Shown: positions 52,201-63,256 of the stretch, one piece after another
Layout: every line of letters starts with the position of its first letter
How positions within the stretch are numbered: the stretch's first letter is position 1
Assembly (NCBI RefSeq): GCF_006345805.1
Contig: NC_043017.1
Span: 20,956,001-21,020,000, forward strand
Source of the DNA: Octopus sinensis
Taxonomy: Eukaryota
Reading direction: 5' to 3'
DNA length: 64,000 bases
Notes under the pieces: model-generated
Database searches by the model: none
What the model saw: the letters and a program-made list of their open reading frames with translations, nothing else
What the model was told of the DNA's origin: nothing
Made by a program: the position numbers and the translations under genes

Positions 52201-52610
52201 GTAGCTGTGTGCTAAGAAGTTTGCCTCCCAGCCACATGGTTCCGGGTTCAGTCCCACTACATGGCAAACTGGGCAATTGACTTTCTACTACAGCCTCGGG
52301 CCAACCAAAGCCTTTTGAGTGGATTTGATAGACAGAAGCATAAAGAAACCCAGTGCATATTGATATACGTTTATCTGAGTGTATATGTGTGTGGCCTTGT
52401 GTTTGTGTTTGCACCGCACCAGCACTTGACAACCAGTGTTGGTATGTTTACATCTGCATAACATAGCGGTTCAGTAAAAGAGATTGACAGAATAAGTACA
52501 AGATTTTCAAAAATGTCCTGGTGTCCATTCATCTAAAATCCTTCAAGGAGGTGCCCCAGTATGGCCACAGTCAAATGACTGAAACAAGTAAAAGATGAAA
52601 GATGAAAGAT
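52201..52610 (+). mobile_element. SINE family A
   Basis: Head to GACTGAAACAAGTAAAAGA tail. Confidence 0.85.
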
Positions 52611-52645
52611 ATATATATAAATATATATACATATGTATATAAATA

Positions 52646-52676
<31 letters not shown>

Positions 52677-53119
52677 CATCATTGTTTAAAACGGACATTA
52701 AACAATGATGATGATGAAATATATATATATAAAAGCATATATATATAAGTATATATTTATATTAGATGCATGTCTGTCTGTGTGTCTCTCTGTGTGACTG
52801 AAGTGCAATGCATGAAAACTTCTGGCCCCTGAGCTACTTTGTAACTTTTATAATTATAAATGATATAAGGTATGTACGTATGTATGTATATTATCTCTTA
52901 AGGCCATGTTTCCTAAACATTAACCATTACAGCATTCAACCATTAGTCATCAATTCTGGCAATATATATTGGACAATTCCTCACATGAAGATGTTCATCA
53001 GACGTAGCTCTGGGCGATGTTTGCTGCTAAGACTTCCACACAATGTCTCACCTCTTCACCGTTTATAACATCTACTTAACCTCCTCTGCAGGTCTTCTGT
53101 TACACTGACCTTCATTAGA

Positions 53120-53158
<39 letters not shown>

Positions 53159-53249
53159 TATATATATATATATGATGTGTGTGTGTCTATATATATATAT
53201 ATGTATATATACATATATATGTATGTAAATATATAATATCATAGTTTAT

Positions 53250-53283
<34 letters not shown>

Positions 53284-53363
53284 ACATATTTATATATATA
53301 TAGTTATATGTAATATATATATATACATATTTATATATATATATGTATATGTATATACATTAT

Positions 53364-53832
53364 TATACCAATTAAGGACTGAACACGAAAAGTGGGACAG
53401 TCAACATGCTAGATATAGACGTCAATCGCCATTCTCCACAAAAGTCTATGTTCTCAGATCAAACTCAACACAGTTGATCTGAGAACATAGACTTTTTGTG
53501 GAGAATGGCGATTTGACGTCTATATCTAGCATGTTGACTGTCCACTTTTTCGTGGTCAGTCCTTAATTGGTATATATAAATATTTTAATCTTCGGATTCT
53601 TTCTTTAATATGCTAGACCACTGGTTCTAATTGATAAATATCATTTTTACCCTAAATTAATGTATATACATATATATATTATTATATATATAGCGATTTT
53701 GACGTCTATATCTAGCTATTGACCGTCCACTTTTAGTGGTCAGTCCTTTACATTTATATGTAAAATCTTCGGATTTCTTTAATATGCTAGGCCACTGGTT
53801 TCATTAATTGATTATCAATTTCTACCTTATTC

Positions 53833-53838
<6 letters not shown>
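53364..53838. mobile_element. ~100-bp near-perfect hairpin plus tandem direct repeats in (TA)n (Penelope-like pLTR architecture)
   Basis: Arms 53364-53462 / 53474-53574 with an 11-nt loop; direct repeats ~53508-53660 and ~53693-53838. Confidence 0.75.
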
Positions 53839-53874
<36 letters not shown>

Positions 53875-53877
<3 letters not shown>

Positions 53878-54085
53878 GTCAATTGACTGTGGCCATGCTG
53901 GTGCACCGCTTTTAGTCAAACAGATCAACCCTAGAACTTATTCTTTGTAAGCCTAGTACTTAGTCTATCGGCCTCTGTGCTGAACCACTAAGTTATGGGG
54001 AAGTAAACATACCAGCATTGGTTGTCAAGCAATGGTGGGGGGGACAAACACAGACACACAAACATATATATATGTGTGTGTGTAT

Positions 54086-54116
<31 letters not shown>

Positions 54117-54560
54117 TGTTCCCTACCAAGAATTCACAACAACCTCGAACCCACAAGAGTAAACAAGAGAGATAGAGACAGGCAGAAACAAAGAAAATGC
54201 CACTTGTATTTGAACACTATACAAATATTCTTTTAAAAAAACTTTTCTTTTAATTTTTCTAAATTTAATTATTTAATTGTTACAGTTGAAAAAGTCTCAA
54301 TGCCTGAAACCGGTACTGAAATGTTCTTTATAAAATTATTTTAGCATTTTCTATCTTGACTTGTTTTTTCATATATATATATATATATATATAAGAAGCC
54401 CATCATATATATATATATATATATATGATGGGCTTCTTTCAGTTTCCATCAACCAAATCCACTCACAAGGCTTTGGTCGGCCTGGGGATATAGTAGAAAA
54501 CACTTGCCCAAGGTGTCACACAGTGGGACTGAACCAAGAACCATGTGGTTGGTAAGCAAG
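53875..54560 (-). mobile_element. SINE A interrupted in its central microsatellite by a hammerhead-bearing unit (~54110-54365)
   Basis: Tail 53875-54070, head 54420-54560. Confidence 0.8.
54280..54321 (+). ncRNA. Minimal type I hammerhead with U3-A8 core variant
   Basis: TTACAG-TTGAAAA-AGTC-TCAAT-GCCT-GAAA-CCGG-TA-CTGAAA; palindromic stem III ACCGGT, stem I 5/6 bp, stem II 3/4 bp. Confidence 0.55.
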
Positions 54561-55530
54561 GACTGCAAAAAACGTGCTCAAGTGAAATTGAGACAGAGAC
54601 AACGACTTTATACAGGATGTTCAAAACGTCTCTCCGCAGTAAATTTTGACACTGGATGTAATAATACATGGAAGTGACTTTAACCATTTTGGTGTGTTTC
54701 TTAAAAGATCAGAATGGTGGTTCCACAAGGGAACAGCTTCAGTTTCAACACACAATAGCAGATCAAATGACTAGCTGGGGAAAAAACACCACCTGATACA
54801 TACAAACATACGTGTGTGTGTGTGTGCCTGCACAGGTGGGTGTGTAAAGCACATGCATGTATGTATGCCGAGCTATTTCCCTGTTATCAGATGAAATATG
54901 AGGAACTGACGAGCATATTAATGTTTAAAAAGATAGATACACTCGGGTACATATCTTGTGCTTGTGAATTTCTGGATTTATAAATAAATAACTATATATA
55001 TATATAGATATACACACATACACATATGTACACACACTCTCTCTCTCTCTTTCTCTCACACACACACACAGAGGCATGTACACATTTGCAGATTCCAAAC
55101 AAATTACAGGGAATAGTTATACTTACACACGCAACACACCTGCATGTGTGGGCAGTGTGAAATATATATATGTGTGTGTGTGTGTGCGTGCATGTATATA
55201 TATATATATACATATATACATATATGTATATATATAAATATATGTATATATATGTATATATATAAAAATATATATATACATATATATATGCATATACATA
55301 TATATATATATATACATATATATTCAATACATATATATATATACATATATATATGCATATACATATATATATGCATATACTATATATATATGCATATACA
55401 TATATATATATACATTATTATATACATATATATATGCATATACATATATATATGCATATACAATATATATATTGCATATACATATACATATGCATATACA
55501 TATGCATATACATATACATATATATATATG

Positions 55531-55574
<44 letters not shown>

Positions 55575-56199
55575 CCACACAAACATACAGGCATACATAT
55601 ATATATGTATACACACACATATATATACAAGCACACACATACATGTATATATATATATTTATACACATGCATTATATATACATATGCACACATACACACA
55701 TACTTCCAGATTCAAATGAAGCAGCGTAATATAAAAAGAATTGCTAATTACAACAACTTGACAAATACAGGACATTAAATAACCATAAACAAAACCGAAA
55801 GCCTATTATGCAACGTAGGTGCATGCATGCACAGATATGCACATGAGCGGATGCATTGCTTGATATTCAAACATTGCTGCTGCTGCTGCCAATGTGCGCA
55901 GAGGAAACAAATATAGCATTCCTGATAAACTGGCTGAGAACCAATGTTTCTAGTTAGTTTCAATTGTTAAGGTTTGCAAATGGGGTGAAGGCAGTTCTCA
56001 AAAGCCTTTTATTGCTATCCTTGGTCGAAAAAAATAAAAGGGTATCAGGATATTTGGGTGGATTTTATGCGGTTGATATTAATTTGAAATTCATTGAGGA
56101 GAGAGGATTTATTTATTTATTTATTTTTTATTATATAAAAGCTTTGGGAGAACGTGAAATAATTCATTTTTAACTGTAGAACTTGGAGCAGGGAATGCT

Positions 56200-56625
56200 A
56201 TGAATAATCCTTTTTATTGTTATTGGCTCAAGGGCCAATTTTGGAGGAGATGGGTAAGTTGATTACATCGACCCTCAGTGCTTGTTTCACCAACTCTGAA
56301 AGGACAAAAAGCCAAGTTGATGCCAGTGAAACTTGAACTCAGAACATCTAGACCAGCCAAATGCTGTTTTGTCCAGCAAGCTAATGATTCCGCAAGCTCA
56401 CTGCCTTAACAACAATATCAATAATAATCCTTTCTACTCTATGTACAAGGCCTGAAATTTGGTGGAGGGTGATAGTTGATTACATCAACTCCAGTCCGTA
56501 ACTGGTACTTAATTTATTGACCCCGAAAGAATGAAAGACAAAGTCAACCTCGGCAGAATTTGAACTCAGAATGTGAAGCTGGATGAAATGCTATTAAACA
56601 TTTTACCTGGCATGCAAACGATTCT
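56200..56625 (-). mobile_element. Two tandem diverged SINE B copies
   Basis: Reverse cores at ~56290 and ~56520. Confidence 0.75.
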
Positions 56626-56650
56626 GCTAACGATTATTCCAGCTAACCAC

Positions 56651-56686
<36 letters not shown>

Positions 56687-56796
56687 AAGAAGAAGAAGTA
56701 GAAGAAGATTCCTTTCTATTATATGCACAAAGCCAGAAATTTGGGGGAGGCTACTAGTTGGTTACACCAACCCCCAGTACATGACTGGTTGTTGTT

Positions 56797-57098
56797 TTTT
56801 TATTTGTTCCTTCTCGAGCCATGCCTTGCTCATAGGGCCGGTTTCTGGTTTCCGTGGCGTATAGGTGGCCCACCTGGACGGGACGCCGGTCCGTTGCAGG
56901 TGAGCTGCAAGATGCAGGAGGAAAGAGTGAGAGAAAGTTGTGGCGAAAGAGTCAGCAGAAGTTCGCCATTAACCTTCTGCAGGAGCCGCATGGAGCTTAG
57001 GTGTTTTGCTCATAAACACACACATCGCCCGGTCTGAGATTCGAACCTGTGATCCTTTAACTGCGAGTTCGTTGCTGTAACCACTAGGCCATGTGCCT
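56797..57098 (-). mobile_element. tRNA-headed SINE family F with Deu/Nin- or V-type central domain
   Basis: Minus head GGCACATGGCCTAGTGGTTA..GGTTCGAATCTC; body CCTGCAACGGACCGGCGTCCCGTCCAGG..GGAAACCAGAAACCGG; domain name from recall only. Confidence 0.65.
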
Positions 57099-57768
57099 CC
57101 ACACACGACTGGTACATAACGATAATTAAGACCAGCTCTTCTAGAACCACATCATTGAATGGGAGGTAAGTTTCATTTCCAAAGATGCTCAGGAATGTAA
57201 ATTGAAGGAGATTTGAGACTACATCTGATGGCGGCAAGCATGTAAAATAATTATCCCAGACTAATTTCAACAACAGATCTTCCTGTCAAAGAGATGCCAT
57301 CTTTATGGAATTCTAAATTACACTGTACCTCGCTAATTTGATATCAACCTGATATTCACATTTACATACACACTGCCACATGCACACATATGTTATAAGG
57401 TGAATTATTTATTTACATGTGTGTCTTTCTATGAGAGTGTGTTTCAGTATTGTACATACATCTATATTTGTGTGTATGCTTATATATATATATCTGGATA
57501 TCTATCTATCTGTCCGTCTGTCTGTCAGTCTATCTATATTTATAAAATTATGTATACACACAGAGACTGTATATATACACATATTATCCACATATATACT
57601 TATATACATACGCACACACACATATACATACACACGCATGCATACATACAAACACACATACATATATACATACATACACACACATACATACATATGTGTT
57701 ATTTATTTCCATACACAGAGAGCTACAGTAGTATCTGTATGTGTACATGCATGGATATATTTTATCTA

Positions 57769-57799
<31 letters not shown>

Positions 57800-57802
<3 letters not shown>

Positions 57803-57985
57803 CTTAATCCAAAAGGAAACAAAAAAACACAACACAGGAACAATTACAGTAATTATTATTAATAGGCGCTCAGGAGATGGAGCAGGAGGTATGACGTTTC
57901 GAGCGGAGCTCTTCGTCGGAAACATAAGAAGGAAGAGAGAGGAAGAGATCCCAGAGCGGGCAACAGGGAAAGAGAAAAAATATAT
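57800..57985 (-). mobile_element. (TA)n-flanked unit with variant hammerhead at 57888-57924
   Basis: Minus: TGTTT-CCGACGA-A-GAGC-TCC-GCTC-GAAA-CG-TC-ATACC; palindromic ACGT stem III. Confidence 0.55.
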
Positions 57986-57999
57986 ATATATATAGATAT

Positions 58000-58272
58000 A
58001 TATATATATGGATAGATAGATAGACAGATAGATGGATAGATAGGTATAGAGATAGATAGATACATAGATAGATAGATAGACAGATTGATAAGATAGATAG
58101 ATAGACAGACAGATAGATAAGATAGATAGATAGATAGATACATAGATGCATAGATAGATAGACAGACAGACAGATAGATAAGATAGATAGACAGACAGAC
58201 AGACAGATAGATAGATTAGATAGATAAGATAGATAAGATAGATAGATAGATAGACAGACAGGTAGATAGATA
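58000..58272. repeat. (GATA/GACA)n microsatellite
   Basis: Directly visible. Confidence 0.95.
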
Positions 58273-58620
58273 GGCTCTGTCTTACATTCATCTGGGACCA
58301 ATGAAATAAGTACGGCTAAAGCACTGACTGATGTTGAGTTAATCGTCTCCACCCATTCCATCTACATTTGTGGTCTTCTGCCAATATTTACAGAAAGCAC
58401 TTCTGGGAAACTTCCCAAAGTCATTATTTTTAATTGCCTAATCTGTAACTCATCTTCACACACACAAAACATATATATCTTCTCAACTTCATTCTATGAT
58501 CAGTGAAGCATGTGCCAAAAAATATTTTGCTGAAGAGGCACTAATAAGATAGGAACATACATGGAATTTCTATGGCATTTAACAAGGTTCAGACCCCATC
58601 TCTACGGTATGCATCAACTT

Positions 58621-58850
58621 GGTGGCAAGCTGGCAGAAACGTTAGCATGCGGGCGAAATGCGTAGCCATATTTCGTTTGCCGTTACGTTCTGAGTTCAAA
58701 TTCTGCCGAGGTCAACTTTGCCTTTCATCCTTTCGGGGTTGATAAATTAAGTACCAGTTACGCACTGGGGTCGATGTAATCGACTTAATACCTATGTCTG
58801 TCCTTGTTTGTCCCTTCTATGTTTAGCCCCTTGTGGGTAATAAAGAAATA
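58621..58850 (+). mobile_element. SINE B with 15-bp TSD
   Basis: GGTATGCATCAACTT (58606-58620) / GGTATGCCTCAACTT (58851-58865). Confidence 0.9.
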
Positions 58851-58960
58851 GGTATGCCTCAACTTAGTTTTTAATTCTTTTAAATTTTGGAGTTCTTTCC
58901 CTTGCCTTCTCTGACAAGAATTGTCATTAACTAATGGAATAGGTTTTTTTCTTCTCATTA

Positions 58961-59175
58961 GGTGGTGGCAGTAAGGATGAGGAGAGGAAGAGCTGTGGAA
59001 GAAGAGGCTGCATAGGTTGTAGGAAATCTTAAAGGAGAGAAGGCATGGGAAAAGGAAGAAATGAGAGGTGATTGGGTCAGACTGGAGATGATGAAAGGGG
59101 TTTAGTGGAAATAGGCGAGGGTTAGCAACAGGAAGAGCATCTGGCAGAGGGAAAAGCTCTGCTGTAATGAATTTC
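58961..59175 (+). repeat. ~215-bp segment duplicated at 60597-61077
   Basis: GGTGGTGGCAGTAAGGATGAGGAGAGG...GCTCTGCTGTAATGAA shared; second copy split by SINE B. Confidence 0.9.
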
Positions 59176-59282
59176 AATTTAAATTACTTTTTTGGTTCAC
59201 ACTATTAAGTATATTAATCTGGATTTAATCCAGAGAATTTAAGTTCATATAGAACCATCATTTATTTAATTCCTTTGTAATT

Positions 59283-59661
59283 GTGTGTGGTAAGTAGCTT
59301 GTTTATCAACCACATGGTTCCGGGTTCAGTCCCACTGCGTGGCACCTTGGGCAAGTGTCTTCTACTATAGCCTCGGGCCGACCAAAGCCCTGTGAGTGGA
59401 TTTGGTAGACGGACACTGAAAGAAGCCCGTCGTATATATGTATATATATATATGAGTGTGTGTCTGTCTGTGTTTGTCCCCCTAGCATTGCTTGACAACC
59501 GATGCTGGTGTGTTTATGTCCCCGTTACTTAGCGGTTCAGCAAAAGAGACCGACAGAATAAGTACTGGGCTTACAAAAGAATAAGTCCCGGGATCGAGTT
59601 GCTCGATTAAAGGCGGTGCTCCAGCATGGCTGCAGTCAAATGACTGAAACAAGTAAAAGAG
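59283..59661 (+). mobile_element. SINE family A, young full-length copy
   Basis: Close to family consensus, CpGs retained. Confidence 0.9.
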
Positions 59662-59854
59662 TATATGCCTATACATATGCGTGTGTGCATGCATGGGGGG
59701 GCTTCCTTTATGATCACAAGATGGTGGTTTCAATTCTTGTGCTGGCAGTGTGATGTGTTTTTGAAGAAAGGACTTCACTTCTCGTTGCTCCAGTCCACTC
59801 GGTTGGGAATGGATAACCCTGCAAAAGACTGGCATTCTCTTCAGAGTCAATATT

Positions 59855-60084
59855 TATTTCTTTATTGCCCACAAGGGGCTGAACATAGAGAGGACAAACA
59901 AGGACAGACAAACGGATTAAATTGATTACATCGACCCTAGTGCAAAACTGGTACTTTATCTATCGACCCCGAAAGGATGAAAGGCAAAGTCGACCTCGGC
60001 GGAATTTGAACTCAGAACGTAACGACAGACGAAATACCGCTAAGCATTTCACCCGGCGCTCTGACGTATCTGCCAGCTCGCCGC
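59855..60084 (-). mobile_element. SINE B with perfect 16-bp TSD
   Basis: CTTCAGAGTCAATATT at 59839-59854 and 60085-60100. Confidence 0.9.
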
Positions 60085-60138
60085 CTTCAGAGTCAATATT
60101 GGCCTCCCCTCCCCCTACCCACTACCCAGTGGAATCAC

Positions 60139-60477
60139 TTAAAATCTACAACAATATGAAGAAGCACATTCCAACCAATTGTGCACAACAATATCTGATC
60201 GTCTGGTCGATACAGTAACTGGTATAAATGTGGGTTTATTATGACAGCAGAGGAACTGTTGTCCAGAGATGTTGTTCTTTTTACCGGTTTTTGAAGAGAT
60301 GTTCATATCTTGAAGGCGGAAGAATGAGAGGTTTTGAGTTATGTTGTCAGTGGTGCAGTAACGTTGAGCAACAAGTGAGGCCCTTACTGAAATGAGTGCC
60401 TCTGAGGTCACTCTGCAAACCTGTTGGCCATCAAGAGTCAGTTTGCTTGATGTAGATTGAATAACAATGATGAACAT
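60139..60477 (-). pseudogene. Possible highly decayed CR1/L2 LINE RT-thumb fragment
   Basis: ORF NLSF..NISSKTGKK..SGQQFL..VVHNWLECASS loosely recalls the CR1 thumb (LSW..HI..IAK.A.KK..YCSHIW.GAS); weak. Confidence 0.35.
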
Positions 60478-60750
60478 GAGAGTCGGTTAACAGTGTTGGT
60501 TGAAGGGCAAAGGGAAACATTCATGTTGTGTGGGGATTAATTCATGTGAGGGTGGCATTGTTGGAAAGGAAAGGAAAGGAAAGAAAAGAAAAGGGCAGGT
60601 GGTGGCAGTAAGGATGAGGAGAGGAAGAGCTGTGGAAGAAGAGGCTGCATAGGTTGTAGGAAATCTTAAAGGAGAGAAGGCATGGGAAAAGGAAGAAATG
60701 TGAGGTGACTGGGTCAGACTGAAGATGATAAAAGGGGTTCAGGGGAAATA

Positions 60751-61001
60751 TATTTCTTTACTACCCACAAGGGGCTAAACACAGAGGGGACAAACAAGGA
60801 AAGACAAATGGATCAAGTCGATTACATCGACCCCAGTGCATAACTGGTACTTAATTTATCGACCCCGAAAGGATAGAAGGCAAAGTCGACCTTGGCGGAA
60901 TTTGAACTCAGAATGTAACGACAGACGAAATACGGCTACGCATTTTGCCCGGTGTGCTAATGTTTCTGCCAGCTCGCCACCTTTCTGCCAGCTCGGCGCC
61001 T
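60751..61001 (-). mobile_element. SINE B with 13-bp TSD and duplicated 5' end
   Basis: TTCAGGGGAAATA (60738-60750) / TTCAGTGGAAATA (61002-61014); TTTCTGCCAGCTCG repeated twice at the head. Confidence 0.9.
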
Positions 61002-61639
61002 TTCAGTGGAAATAAGCGAGGGTTGGCAACAGGGAGGGCATCTGGCAGAGGAAAAAAGCTCTGCTGTAATGAACTTCATCCAACGAATCCAAGCATAGAA
61101 AAGTAAACACTAAAATGATGACGATGATGCTGATGATGTTGATGATGATGACACGACGATGTTGATGACGTTGCCGTCACCGCCAATAATGATGATAATG
61201 ATGATGACGATGATGATGATGATGATGATGAAAATGATATATTCAAGCCCTGGTGTATCTCCAACCCCATACATACAAGGGGTAAATAACAGGAGAGATT
61301 TTAGGGGTTTAAAAAACATCAGACATATATCAAACCACACATCTGTTAGTATTTTCATTTTAATTTGTGTGTGTAAGTCTGTGTGTGTGTGTGTGTGTGT
61401 ATGTGTGTATCAGTTTCTGGTAGTCAATGTATTTTCTAGATCCCTGTTTCACTTCCAATGTTGCTCCTTCATCTATCACATTCAGATAGCTTCAGGCTTC
61501 GTATCCGCCCAAATATATTCCCTAAATAAAATATGGATCTCATTAAACTATTATTATTATTATTATTATTATTATCATTATTATTATTATAAAAAAAAAC
61601 GTTTAAGAACTAAACAAAAAATCAAGAATCTATTATTAT

Positions 61640-62061
61640 ACTCTTTTCTCTTTTACTCTTTAACTTGCTTCAGTCATTTGACTGTGGCCATGCTGGAGCA
61701 CCGCCTTTAATCGAGGAAATCGACCTCAGGACTTATTATTTGTAAGCCTAGTACTTATTACATCGGTCTATTTTTGCCGAACCGCTAAGTTACGGGGACG
61801 TAAACACACCAGCATCGGTTGTCAAGCGATGTTGGGGGGACATACACAAACACATACACACACATTCATATATATATATATATATATATACTATATATAC
61901 GGCGGCTTCTTTCAGTTTCCGTCTACCAAATCCACTCACAAGCCTTTGGTCGGCCTGAGGCTATAGTAGAAGGCACTTGCCCAAGGTGTCACACAGTGGG
62001 ACTAAACCTGGAACCATGTGGTTGGTAAGCAAGCTACTTATCACACAGCCACTCCTGTGCC
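61640..62061 (-). mobile_element. SINE family A, full length
   Basis: Complete reverse copy. Confidence 0.9.
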
Positions 62062-62402
62062 TCTTATCATCATCATTATTATTATTATTATTATCATTAT
62101 TATTATTAGTATTATTACTGTTATTACTATCACTACTAATATTATTATTATTGTTATTCAAATTCCGCCAGGGTTGACTTTGCCTTTCATCCTTCCAGGG
62201 TCGATAAAAAATGATAAAGTAAGTATCAGTTGAACACTGGGGTCAAAGTAATCGACTCATCCTCCTCCCCCTAAATTGCTGCCCTTGTGGCAAAATTTGA
62301 AACCATTATTATTATTATAAAAGAAACCGTTTAAAAACTAAACAAAAAAATCAAAAATCTATCATCATCATCATCATAATTATCATTATTATTATTATTA
62401 TT

Positions 62403-62660
62403 GTGATGAATACTCACAGCTTATTTTGCTGGGTATGATGGAAAGTGTCAGCTGTCCACAGCCAGCAGACTAAGGTGACACATGTTTACTGGTCAGGCTT
62501 CAAGAACCCTGTGAAGAATTCTTGCAGGTCCAAGCAATGCTGATTTTTGTAGGTGTTCTACCTTCACACTTGCACCGATCTTTTTCAGCCATGCTGGTAG
62601 ATGAGTGCTGATAATTCCAAGTGCTTCAAATCGTCATAGTTCCTTAAATCCTTACAAATG
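62403..62660 (-). mobile_element. R4/Dong-like (RLE-type) non-LTR retrotransposon 3' end with (AAT)n tail
   Basis: Minus frame ALGIISTHLPAWLKKIGASVKVEHLQKSALLGPARILHRVLEA* (stop 62495-62493), matching the R4/Dong C-terminal LQKxALLGTARILRxVL motif. Confidence 0.7.
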
Positions 62661-62722
62661 TTTTAGCCTGAAGGCCGTGGCCATGCTGGGGCACCACACA
62701 TTGATCATAATAATTATTATTA

Positions 62723-62932
62723 AAGCGGCAAGCTGGCAGGGTCATTAACGTGTCAGATGAAATACTTGGCAGTATTTTGCCCGTTGTTACATTCTGAGTT
62801 CAAATTCCACCGAAGTTGACTTTAGTTTTCATCCTTTCGGGGTTTATAAAGTAAGTACCAGTTGAACATTGGGGTTGAAGTAATTTACTCATCCCCACTT
62901 CCTCCAAGCTCCCTTCTGGCAAAAATTTGAAC

Positions 62933-62933
<1 letters not shown>
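62723..62933 (+). mobile_element. SINE B, diverged
   Basis: Head, B-box-like motif and core present. Confidence 0.8.
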
Positions 62934-62963
<30 letters not shown>

Positions 62964-63256
62964 TATGAGGAATTACAGCTGTGCTTCGTGGTCTGCTACC
63001 ACAACAGCTCCTTTATAGGATCCAGTTAGCTCAAGATATCATCAGGAGGAACCACGTCCGGTTTCAGCCCCTACTCCTCTACCGTTTTGATGTGGTGGGC
63101 CCCCATACTTTCGGAGGTGTCTTATTATTATTCAAATTCTGCCAAGGTTGAGTCTGCCTTTCATCCTTTTGGTACCAGTGAAACACTGGGGTTGATGTAA
63201 TTAATTTACTCCCTCCCCACAAACTGCTGGTCTTGTGCCATTATTATTGCCATTAT

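Noticed and set aside
52972-53002. Minus-strand CTGATGA-ACAT-CTTC-ATGT-GAGGAATTGTC hammerhead-like motif
   Set aside because: No GAAA directly after stem II and no stem I pairing
59283-59345. tRNA genes at SINE heads
   Set aside because: Only A/B-box-like motifs; no cloverleaf, and they continue into SINE bodies
63030-63075. Minus-strand GAAACCGGAC...CTGATGA as a type II hammerhead
   Set aside because: U16.1 absent and stem II strands do not pair
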